A stretch of 11,391 bases of DNA from a virus. Its lineage: Duplodnaviria > Heunggongvirae > Uroviricota > Caudoviricetes. The stretch lies in IMG/VR virus record IMGVR_UViG_2671180676_000005, one strand, 5' to 3'. The position numbers and the translations under genes are program-made. The notes under the pieces were generated by a model. It was not told the origin of the DNA. It did no database searches and saw only the letters and a list, made by a program, of their open reading frames with translations. Positions within the stretch are counted from its first letter, which is position 1. Each line of letters begins with the position of its first letter. Shown here piece after piece: positions 1-6,911 of this stretch.

Positions 1-40
1 TAAGTTAGCGCTTATGGGGATTTCTCCCCCGCCGGGTCTC

Positions 41-196
41 TTACTCCTCAGGTTCGTAAGCTGTGAAGACAGCGACCTCCGTCTGGCCGGTTCGGATTCG
101 TACCTCGCAGAGGTCTTTCCTCGTTACCAGTGCCGTCACTATGACGGTTAAACAGATGACGATCAGGGCGATTAACATCGCCTTTTGCTGCTTCAT
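41..196 (-). CDS. hokD: Hok/Gef-family type I membrane toxin (51 aa), HokD/RelF
   Basis: Not in the ORF track (<60 aa). Manual minus-strand translation gives MKQQKAMLIALIVICLTVIVTALVTRKDLCEVRIRTGQTEVAVFTAYEPEE, which matches my recall of K-12 HokD (RelF). Lies directly downstream of relE, as in the relBEF operon. Confidence 0.9.
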   Translation of the reverse strand: MKQQKAMLIALIVICLTVIVTALVTRKDLCEVRIRTGQTEVAVFTAYEPEE

Positions 197-267
197 AGCC
201 TGCTTCTCCTGTCAACGCAAAGCAGAAGTGTCACCTTCGGTGCGAAACAGAGATGTCATGCTTTGGT

Positions 268-555
268 TCAGAGAATGCGTTTGACCGCCTCGCTATATAC
301 TTCCGAGCGTTCTCTTTTCCCAACAGAAATCACGAAAACGACAACTTTCTCGTCTATAACCTGGTATACAAGGCGATAGCCTGAAGACCGGAGCTTAATC
401 TTGTAACAATCAGGCATACCACGGAGCTTGTTTGCTTCAATCCGGGGTGACTCAAGTACTTCAACCAGCTTCTTTTTCAACTGTTCACGTACCGTCGAGC
501 CCAGCTTTCGCCATTCCTTTAGTGCCCGCTCGTCAAAATCCAGAAAATACGCCAT
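268..555 (-). CDS. relE: RelE mRNA interferase toxin (95 aa)
   Basis: ORF track 95-aa protein MAYFLDFDERALKEWRKLG... is near-identical to recalled K-12 RelE (one E/D difference). Start ATG shares one base with the relB stop (TGATG). Confidence 0.95.
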   Translation of the reverse strand: MAYFLDFDERALKEWRKLGSTVREQLKKKLVEVLESPRIEANKLRGMPDCYKIKLRSSGYRLVYQVIDEKVVVFVISVGKRERSEVYSEAVKRIL

Positions 556-794
556 CAGAGTTCATCCAGCGTCACACGTACTGGCTTAGGATTACGAAGC
601 CGTTCTTTCACTATCTCCACAAGTTCAGCATCTTCATCACTCAGGAGTGTCTGTTTGAACGGCAAGCGTTCATTGTCAGCGATATACTCGAGCATGAGAC
701 GAAGCGCTTCAGAAGGAGTTACACCCATTTTTTCAAGCGCGGCGTAAGAACGCGCTTTAAGTTCATCGTCAATACGCAGGTTAATGCTACCCAT
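555..794 (-). CDS. relB: RelB antitoxin (79 aa)
   Basis: ORF track 79-aa protein MGSINLRIDDELKARSYAALEKMGVTPSEALRL... matches recalled RelB. AGGTG Shine-Dalgarno (SD) lies upstream. Confidence 0.95.
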   Translation of the reverse strand: MGSINLRIDDELKARSYAALEKMGVTPSEALRLMLEYIADNERLPFKQTLLSDEDAELVEIVKERLRNPKPVRVTLDEL

Positions 795-805
795 GTCTTA
801 CACCT

Positions 806-831
806 CTTGTAATTACAAATGTCATTACAAG
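806..831. promoter_or_regulatory. relO operator: TTGTAAT-type repeats including the 12-bp palindrome TTGTAATTACAA
   Basis: Sequence cttgtaattacaaatgtcattacaag sits 12-37 bp upstream of the relB start codon; it matches the known RelB/RelE operator motif. The promoter itself was not mapped. Confidence 0.7.
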
Positions 832-1124
832 TATCGCACTACAACATGCTTAGGGCAAGTCACGAAGGAAGTCAGAAAGTAGTCGTAAGAACGGTGATCA
901 CTGTCCGCTTTGTGCCAGGAGCAGCCATTGCTAAGTCCATCCTGTATTGTGCAGGTCAGCTCGTTTTTAAAGAGTCCGGCCATCATCTTACTGGTACAGA
1001 CACCATATACTTTGTGACGGTCAGGCTACATATGCACAACTCAACTTATTCATCTATTTTTTGCTTTAGCATGTCAGTGTTGCTTTCTCGTCGGCGGGTG
1101 AGCGGTGACCTGACCTGTCGATAA
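819..1124 (+). CDS. Hypothetical ORF in the position of K-12 ydfV (101 aa); doubtful as a real protein
   Basis: ORF of 101 aa between relB and flxA, where K-12 annotates ydfV. It overlaps the relBE operator region and its sequence is not protein-like; no SD was checked. Confidence 0.25.
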   Translation: MSLQVSHYNMLRASHEGSQKVVVRTVITVRFVPGAAIAKSILYCAGQLVFKESGHHLTGTDTIYFVTVRLHMHNSTYSSIFCFSMSVLLSRRRVSGDLTCR

Positions 1125-1276
1125 AGGAACGTAACACGTTTTATGCAACACCCGCATGCGGCAGAAAATTATTGCCGAACGTTTACCCCTGTCAACAAGC
1201 TTTACTTTCTGAGGCGCGCCAGCCCGCGAGGAAAACAATCTGAACATCAAACAATTAATGACACAAGAAATACGAT

Positions 1277-1303
1277 TAAAGATTTTTTTGTGCATGCCGA
1301 TAG
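1277..1303 (+). promoter_or_regulatory. Sigma-28 (FliA) promoter of flxA
   Basis: TAAAGATT (1277-1284), 11-nt spacer, GCCGATAG (1296-1303), against the class 3 flagellar consensus TAAAGTTT-N11-GCCGATAA. AAAAGGAG SD follows at 1313-1320. Confidence 0.75.
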
Positions 1304-1326
1304 TGCTTTTTTAAAAGGAGAAATCT

Positions 1327-1659
1327 ATGTCTGTCACAATTCAGGGAAATACCTCAACCGTTATTTCAAACAACTCCGCCCCGGAAGGAACATCAGAAAT
1401 AGCCAAAATCACAAGACAAATTCAGGTGCTGACTGAAAAGCTTGGGAAAATCTCATCGGAAGAGGGGATGACGACACAGCAGAAAAAAGAAATGGCTGCA
1501 TTGGTACAGAAGCAAATTGAAAGCCTCTGGGCTCAACTGGAGCAGTTGTTAAGGCAGCAGGCAGAGAAAAAGAATGAAGACGCGACAGTTCAGCCTGATA
1601 AAAAAGAAGAGAAAAAAGACGATACAAATACCGCTGGCACCATTGATATTTACGTCTAA
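1327..1659 (+). CDS. flxA: FlxA, FliA-regulated protein of unknown function (110 aa)
   Basis: ORF track 110-aa protein MSVTIQGNTSTVISNNSAPEG... matches recalled K-12 FlxA. Preceded by the sigma-28 promoter and a strong SD. Confidence 0.9.
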   Translation: MSVTIQGNTSTVISNNSAPEGTSEIAKITRQIQVLTEKLGKISSEEGMTTQQKKEMAALVQKQIESLWAQLEQLLRQQAEKKNEDATVQPDKKEEKKDDTNTAGTIDIYV

Positions 1660-1673
1660 GTGACAGCCGTATT

Positions 1674-1697
1674 GTGGCCCTCATCGGGCCACTTTTC
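1674..1697 (+). terminator. Rho-independent terminator of flxA
   Basis: GTGGCCC-tcatc-GGGCCAC perfect 7-bp GC-rich stem followed by TTTT, 15 nt after the flxA stop. Confidence 0.65.
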
Positions 1698-2095
1698 GCC
1701 ATCAGCCTTTTCTTTAAAGACATATTATCTTTGTATCATTTCTGATAGTTAACATTACAAGATATAAGTAATGGACGCACTCCCAATTAGTCTATTTAAA
1801 TCGCCACGAGTTTAACTGACAACCCATGATCAATTATGAATTGCAACTATTTCTGTAGTCACTTTTGTGGGGACAGTCCACAAAACTGCCAACTTCCGCT
1901 TCTTGCTCTTAGCGGACATTAGCATAGGCTATTTACCATAACGCCTCATTACGCGCACCGCCCAGACTGACTCAGCGCGTTTCTGGCATATCCCCGGTAA
2001 AACAAGTAACAAACCACCCGAAAATGAACACCAGAAACGCGACTTAAGAATCTACCCTATGAATGGATATGCACTCAACCGAATCGATCTTGGTT

Positions 2096-3409
2096 TCAAT
2101 CTTTTTTATCGGGATCAGGCTTCTTTTTAGGTAACTTCGGGGGCTTAACTTGCTGATGACTTTGCGTTCGGCGCGTAAGCCAGGGATGGTCAGCTTTAGG
2201 TTTAACATAGTATTTTGAGCGTAAATCAATACGGGCATTATCCACTCGTTCATGGACACTCTTTTCATCATCCAGTGGTATAGGCTCCGGGCCATCAACA
2301 TACTTTTCCCAGCCCAGCGCTTTCCCGTCATACAGAACGTTAATTTCACCGTCAAAGTTCTCGCATACAGTAACAACCGAATGCCTAAGTCGATATCCCC
2401 GGCCCTCACTGCGTACCTGAAACGCACTGCTTTTGTACTGGAAAGTGAGATTTTTAGACAGAACGCGCTTCGCCTGTAGGCTGAAGATATAACCCAGTTC
2501 CTCTTCAGAATGGTGCACATCAAGATGAGCATTATCAGTAGTACGAGGCGACGTAGCGAACCGGTTGTTATAGGCTTCAATAAAGGTCGGCAACCATGCA
2601 TTTGCTGTTTCAATATCACTGATATTCTGAAGCCGCATTTCTTTGACCAGCCTGTCCTGTAGTGTCTGATTGGCGCGCTCTACCCGCCCTTTTGCCTGCG
2701 GGCTGTTGGCATGGATTGGCTCGATGCCCAGTGTCTTTATCGCACGAGTGAACTGGGTCAGCTCACCTTCCCGCTCTGGGTTATTTACCCTGAATATACT
2801 GTGTCTATCAGAGTAGAGAGCGAGCGGTACGCCATGATCATTAAGGTAACCCCGGAGGGTTTCCATGTAAGCCCGGGTTGTTTCAGCAGGCACAAAACGC
2901 AACGCCATCAACGCACTGGTGGCATCATCAATGAAAACGATCAGTGTACATCTGGGGCCTCGATTTTCAAACCAGTCATGAGGTGAGCCATCAATCTGGA
3001 TCAGTTCACCGTAAGATGGTCGTCGCATGCGGCGTTGATATATACGGGCAATTTTACGACGGCGTTCACGCCATAACCCCTCTTCTATCATCCACTTTCT
3101 GAGAGTTTCAACGGATAAAGATAAACCGTGTATCTCGCGCAATTTTTCGCACGCAAACGTAGGTCCAAAATCAGCGTAACGGCCTTTGAGGAGTGAAATT
3201 ACTGTTGCTCTGAATTCAGTAGAAAAGGAATTATTAGGACGCTTTCCACGTCGGTGGGAAACCAGACCAGAAGGCCCTTCATTTCTATACCGTTGCACCA
3301 GACGTTTAACCTGCCGAATAGAAATGCCAATGCGTGCCGCAGCTTGTTCCTGAATAATCTGAAGTCGGTGGAGTTCCTTATGACTCATCGTAACAGTCTC
3401 TTTGATCAT
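2096..3409 (-). CDS. DDE (integrase-fold) transposase-like protein, 437 aa; N-terminal HTH; family not resolved (IS481-like or ISNCY/IS1202-like)
   Basis: ORF track 437-aa protein with an N-terminal HTH-like segment (ISIRQVKRLVQRY) and an integrase-core signature (KGRVERANQTLQDRL). Element boundaries are not defined. K-12 annotates an integrase fragment (intK/ydfW) at this position. Confidence 0.75.
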   Translation of the reverse strand: MIKETVTMSHKELHRLQIIQEQAAARIGISIRQVKRLVQRYRNEGPSGLVSHRRGKRPNNSFSTEFRATVISLLKGRYADFGPTFACEKLREIHGLSLSVETLRKWMIEEGLWRERRRKIARIYQRRMRRPSYGELIQIDGSPHDWFENRGPRCTLIVFIDDATSALMALRFVPAETTRAYMETLRGYLNDHGVPLALYSDRHSIFRVNNPEREGELTQFTRAIKTLGIEPIHANSPQAKGRVERANQTLQDRLVKEMRLQNISDIETANAWLPTFIEAYNNRFATSPRTTDNAHLDVHHSEEELGYIFSLQAKRVLSKNLTFQYKSSAFQVRSEGRGYRLRHSVVTVCENFDGEINVLYDGKALGWEKYVDGPEPIPLDDEKSVHERVDNARIDLRSKYYVKPKADHPWLTRRTQSHQQVKPPKLPKKKPDPDKKD

Positions 3410-3743
3410 GAAAAATCCCCCAGAGAATTGTCTGGGGACATTTTAGAATGGTTCAAAGGGGACATTACAGCTTGGTGTTAACAATAGCCTGCTTCTCCGT
3501 GCCTTTCGGCACGTAAGAGGCTAACCTACATGTGTCTAGCATGAAATTGGCCTCAGATTAATGTTAAGCGTCTTGCAGGACGCGTAATGTTAACTGGGGC
3601 TTTTCTCTATCTGCCGTTGGTGTCCATGCCCGAGGCAGATAGCCTCAAGCACCCGCAGTCATTCTACTTAACTAAGATTTCCCCGCAAACCGTTTTTGTC
3701 CAGCACAGTAAATATCCAACTAAACCAATGGAGTTCGCTGTAT

Positions 3744-3923
3744 TTACCGCCAGTATTCAATGCACATGACCGCCATGAACACCCCTAAAAAAAGGGCATT
3801 TATATATCCAAATATTAATATCAAAACATCAACTTTTTCCATATACCTTGCTGTGAAGATGATGGGCATACATGATGCGAACAACCAGAACGCAACAAAC
3901 AAAAACTGCAATGCGTTTTTCAT
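3744..3923 (-). CDS. Small hydrophobic two-TM peptide (59 aa), function unknown
   Basis: The ORF track 72-aa frame contains an internal ATG with a consensus AGGAGG SD 6 nt upstream (taggaggaataATG). Product MKNALQFLFVAFWLFASCMPIIFTARYMEKVDVLILIFGYINALFLGVFMAVMCIEYWR has two hydrophobic stretches. Confidence 0.5.
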   Translation of the reverse strand: MKNALQFLFVAFWLFASCMPIIFTARYMEKVDVLILIFGYINALFLGVFMAVMCIEYWR

Positions 3924-4107
3924 TATTCCTCCTACAATCAATGTGCAATTACATTTAAACACACCTCAATTTGGCCGGACATATAAATATCTAAACCAGA
4001 AAAAATCACTTACATAGCGTTACAAACTCTTTAGTCTAAAGGTTCATCGTAAAACATTCCCCATACTTATCAGTCCGTTCCGCGCCAGGTAGCTCATTGC
4101 CTTATCT

Positions 4108-4137
4108 GGCAACCTGTAATCAGGTTTCCGCTTTTTC
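4108..4137 (+). terminator. Candidate weak intrinsic terminator, or regulatory hairpin
   Basis: AACCTG-taat-CAGGTT stem-loop (4111-4126) followed by tccgcTTTTT. No obvious plus-strand gene upstream. Confidence 0.25.
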
Positions 4138-4947
4138 AGTTGGCTGGTCGTTTAACCGACATAGTTAATCCATTAATCTAGTTGCCGGATGTTGGTGGAT
4201 TTTCGCGTTTTAGTTGTTCATAAAAGTGCACAGCTTTAACCAGTTCTTCTGATGTAACTGGGACTGGTGAGGCAGTGAATAAGGCCTGAATTTGATAGTT
4301 CGGCCTGTCGTTACAATCCTCTTTTTTCGGTACATATTTCCAGTCACCAGACCACTACTTCCCCTGAAAGTCCGTAACGCCTTTTTTCACGTAGCGATAT
4401 CGCCATGCCACTGGTTTTGCTTGCCCCGCCGTTTCATGCCCTTCCTGATAATTAATCTCGCTCATTCATCGCCCCACTCATCACAATATGCTTCGACCGG
4501 AGTTTTTCCCGCTTCATAGTCATCACGCTAGGATTCGACATCAGCAGCACTTCCACCGCGTAACTCACCATAGTCCATTAATAGTTCATCCCGCTCTTCA
4601 AAACTGATGTTATATTTAGCTGAACAAAAATCAGCCACTTTGTTCTTCCTCATCGTCTTTTATTTCGTGGTATGAGTAATTGCAGTAGTTAAAGAAAATT
4701 TCTTATGCTCCGTCATGAATTTCCTCAGGTGTTGCGTCATCGTCCACTTCGAATACATCCTCAAAATCTCCACCAGCTATTCCCGTTTCAATAATAATTT
4801 TGAACTTTCGCATTTCACTACCGCCCTTTCGGGCGGCCTCCTGATGTTCTGAGGGTGCAGAAATCCATCCGGTTAAGTATTAAATTTTATTTACAGAACT
4901 GAATTTAATTATTCAGATATACGTATCTGTAGCCTTACGAATCTACT

Positions 4948-4997
4948 CACTGGATGCCTCTTTCATAAAAATAATCCAGTGGGTTTTATCGTTTTTT
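4948..4997 (+). terminator. Candidate hairpin plus T-tract (terminator-like)
   Basis: CACTGGAT (4948-4955) and ATCCAGTG (4974-4981) form an 8-bp stem with an 18-nt loop, followed by gguuuuaucguuuuuu. The large loop makes a terminator call uncertain. Confidence 0.25.
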
Positions 4998-5075
4998 CCC
5001 TGTTCGTTGACAGATAACAGGTTTTCTGTCTGTCAGTGCCAGAATCTGGCTTACCGGTATTTGCGTTTCATTCCA

Positions 5076-5432
5076 TTAAAAAATCAGAACGCCGTGCGGC
5101 CTCAACACCCGAAAGGCTTCTTTAAATCTCTGTCGCGAATCATCACGCCAGGCATCTTTATTCAGCCGTCCATATTTCTTTCCCATCCAGGCGTTATCAC
5201 CAACACTCTCAAGATGCGGAGGGTCTAATACAACCATCGAAAAAGATGCGTCTGCAAATGATAATGCACGAAAATCTGCGATAATGTCAGGGCTGATAAT
5301 CAAGCGTCTCCCATTGCGTAATGTGTATCCTTCTTTTCTGATATCGCTGAATATCGCCCGTTCGTCAGACTTATCGAACCAGAACATGCGGCTGCCACAG
5401 CACATATCAAGAATGGTTGCCGGTGCACTCAC
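5076..5432 (-). CDS. DNA methyltransferase-like protein (SAM-binding motif, then DPPH motif IV), apparently C-terminally truncated; possible pseudogene
   Basis: 118-aa ORF with LDMCCGSR (motif I-like) and VLDPPHL (motif IV-like). GTG start overlaps the upstream stop as GTGA. The in-frame TAA is followed by 31 more sense codons in the same frame. Confidence 0.6.
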   Translation of the reverse strand: MSAPATILDMCCGSRMFWFDKSDERAIFSDIRKEGYTLRNGRRLIISPDIIADFRALSFADASFSMVVLDPPHLESVGDNAWMGKKYGRLNKDAWRDDSRQRFKEAFRVLRPHGVLIF

Positions 5433-5851
5433 TGCGCCACGTCCTGAAAATTACCCTGATAGAAAGCCAGTATGCGCTGCATAACTTCGCTCTTCCGGCA
5501 CTCGCGACAGATTATGTTTAGGCGACTGTCGTAGCGACGTATTTCTCCGTCAGGTGATGACCAGATAAGGTCCGGATCAACCACAGCAGGTTTCTTCACC
5601 TTTGCCCTCGAGAGTTTTTTGCGGGCGTTTTGCCAGTCCTTACGCGCCTGTTCAGAGGGGAATAACCCGTAGCCGGAGTTGTATACATCGCCACTGGCTA
5701 CCAGCTCTCTGGCAAGAACGCTCATCAGATATCTAGTCGCACCTGTTTTAGCTTCCAGTTGCCGTAACGTCTCACGGCCGCTCTGGCGCACGAGTTCCAC
5801 CACCTGCCATTTAATTTTTTCCCGCTCTTCTTGTGTAAAAACTTTTGCCAC
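5429..5851 (-). CDS. Hypothetical protein (140 aa), basic, with a CxxC near the C-terminus; in the position of a lambdoid P-like or accessory replication gene
   Basis: ORF track 140 aa. GTG start with a strong AAGGGGGA SD 4-5 nt upstream. Translationally coupled to the downstream methyltransferase-like gene. Confidence 0.55.
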   Translation of the reverse strand: MAKVFTQEEREKIKWQVVELVRQSGRETLRQLEAKTGATRYLMSVLARELVASGDVYNSGYGLFPSEQARKDWQNARKKLSRAKVKKPAVVDPDLIWSSPDGEIRRYDSRLNIICRECRKSEVMQRILAFYQGNFQDVAQ

Positions 5852-5891
5852 AAGTCCCCCTTAAAATTACCTCATGACCTGAAATCAACAC

Positions 5892-6911
5892 TTATCCTCT
5901 GAAACCAGGCGGAATTTCTGTATCCGGTTCAGAAATATGATTAACACAACGCTGTACAGGTGAACGTCCCAGGCGGATGACCAGTTCGTCCCATTTTTCG
6001 CGGAGCTTTGACGGGCTCATGATGTTTTTTACCCAGAATGGATCTCGCTGAACCCGACCAAACATTTCGCAAATTTGTCTGTGGCTTCTGCCATCCAGCA
6101 TCCGCATTGTGCGCACGTCATTGGCCCAGGCAGTCCAGTTAGGCTCTTTTGGTCGCATGATCTCGCCATCATCACTGGCTGCCTGTTCGTAGAGACCCAC
6201 GATCCGCCCCCAGATCCACTGCGCACACGCCAAATCCTCCCTGCTACCCCACTGGCGTTTTTTCGCACTAAACACAACCGCGTCGGAGTTCCGGGTTAAA
6301 AAATCCTGTTCAGTCGTCTGCGGGTCCGGTTGCGAAGCTTCCGGACGAAAAGTGTTTTTATTCTCTGTAGTAATCTCTGTTGTATTCTCTGTAAGATCAT
6401 CAGGCCATTTTGACCCGATGACATTGGGTCGTTTTGAACCAATGGAGCGTTTCATTTTGACCTCTTCCATCGTGTCATTTTGACCTGATGGAGCGGCGCA
6501 TTTTGAACCGATGGATTCGCTCAATTTGCCACCATCTAAAAGCTCGCTCCCATAGTTGATCGTGTAGAAATTGGTCATATCGCGCTTTGATTTATTGAGC
6601 TTTTCACAACGCAAAAGCCCCAGCGTTTTCAGACTTGCAAACGCGCGCTTTAACGTTGACTCTGACCAGAATGGGAACTGTTCCAGCCATTGTTCCGTTG
6701 TGTTATAAATCCAGCGAACACCATCACATTCCATGCCGGAGTTGGTATCTCTCAACCAGTAGTGCAGTTGTTGCAAAACAATGGCTTCGTTTAAGCCAAT
6801 TTTCATTGCCAGCTGCGTGTTTATAACCAGTGGGCGTTCAGCAAAAAGAAGGCTCATAATTCCATCCAGCTTTTTGTTGGTATTGCTGTCGATACGCAAG
6901 TTTGAAAGCAA
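5892..6911 (-). CDS. Phage replication initiation protein (lambda O-like: N-terminal DNA-binding domain, iteron-encoded linker, C-terminal domain)
   Basis: ORF track 339 aa. Five 23-bp-spaced iterons lie inside the gene and encode repeated SIGSK/IGSK peptide segments, as in lambda O with ori-lambda. The start is uncertain: internal ATGs at 6857 and 6806 would reduce the overlap with the upstream gene. Confidence 0.75.
   Translation of the reverse strand: MLSNLRIDSNTNKKLDGIMSLLFAERPLVINTQLAMKIGLNEAIVLQQLHYWLRDTNSGMECDGVRWIYNTTEQWLEQFPFWSESTLKRAFASLKTLGLLRCEKLNKSKRDMTNFYTINYGSELLDGGKLSESIGSKCAAPSGQNDTMEEVKMKRSIGSKRPNVIGSKWPDDLTENTTEITTENKNTFRPEASQPDPQTTEQDFLTRNSDAVVFSAKKRQWGSREDLACAQWIWGRIVGLYEQAASDDGEIMRPKEPNWTAWANDVRTMRMLDGRSHRQICEMFGRVQRDPFWVKNIMSPSKLREKWDELVIRLGRSPVQRCVNHISEPDTEIPPGFRG
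6406..6515. repeat. Replication-origin iterons: five copies of CATTTTGA(C/A)C-N-(G/A)ATGGA at 23-24 bp spacing
   Basis: Copies start at 6406, 6430, 6453, 6476 and 6499, with a weaker sixth near 6522. Adjacent are three TCTCTGT repeats (6361-6393, 12-bp spacing) and an A/T-rich stretch. Confidence 0.7.

Noticed and set aside
432-812. 126-aa plus-strand ORF antisense to relE/relB
   Set aside because: Antisense to two well-supported genes, no SD, low-complexity product.
1143-1723. ORFs 1143-1436 (+) and 1409-1723 (-) overlapping the flxA promoter and gene
   Set aside because: They overlap the well-supported flxA gene and its sigma-28 promoter; no independent signals.
1863-1885. Hairpin TTTTGTGG-ggacagt-CCACAAAA downstream of flxA
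   Set aside because: No T-tract on either strand and no adjacent gene start; may be a structural element but cannot be assigned a role.
2044-2619. 191-aa minus-strand ORF overlapping the transposase gene in another frame
   Set aside because: Fully nested in the 437-aa transposase ORF, which has clear domain signatures; composition is not protein-like. Likely a frame artefact.
3760-4017. 85-aa plus-strand ORF antisense to the 59-aa peptide gene
   Set aside because: Asn/Thr-rich low-complexity product with no SD. The opposite strand has a consensus SD and a membrane-peptide-like product.
6029-6826. Short ORFs nested in or antisense to the replication initiator gene (6029-6277 -, 6075-6299 +, 6635-6826 +)
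   Set aside because: Alternative frames of a well-supported 339-aa gene, with no independent start signals.
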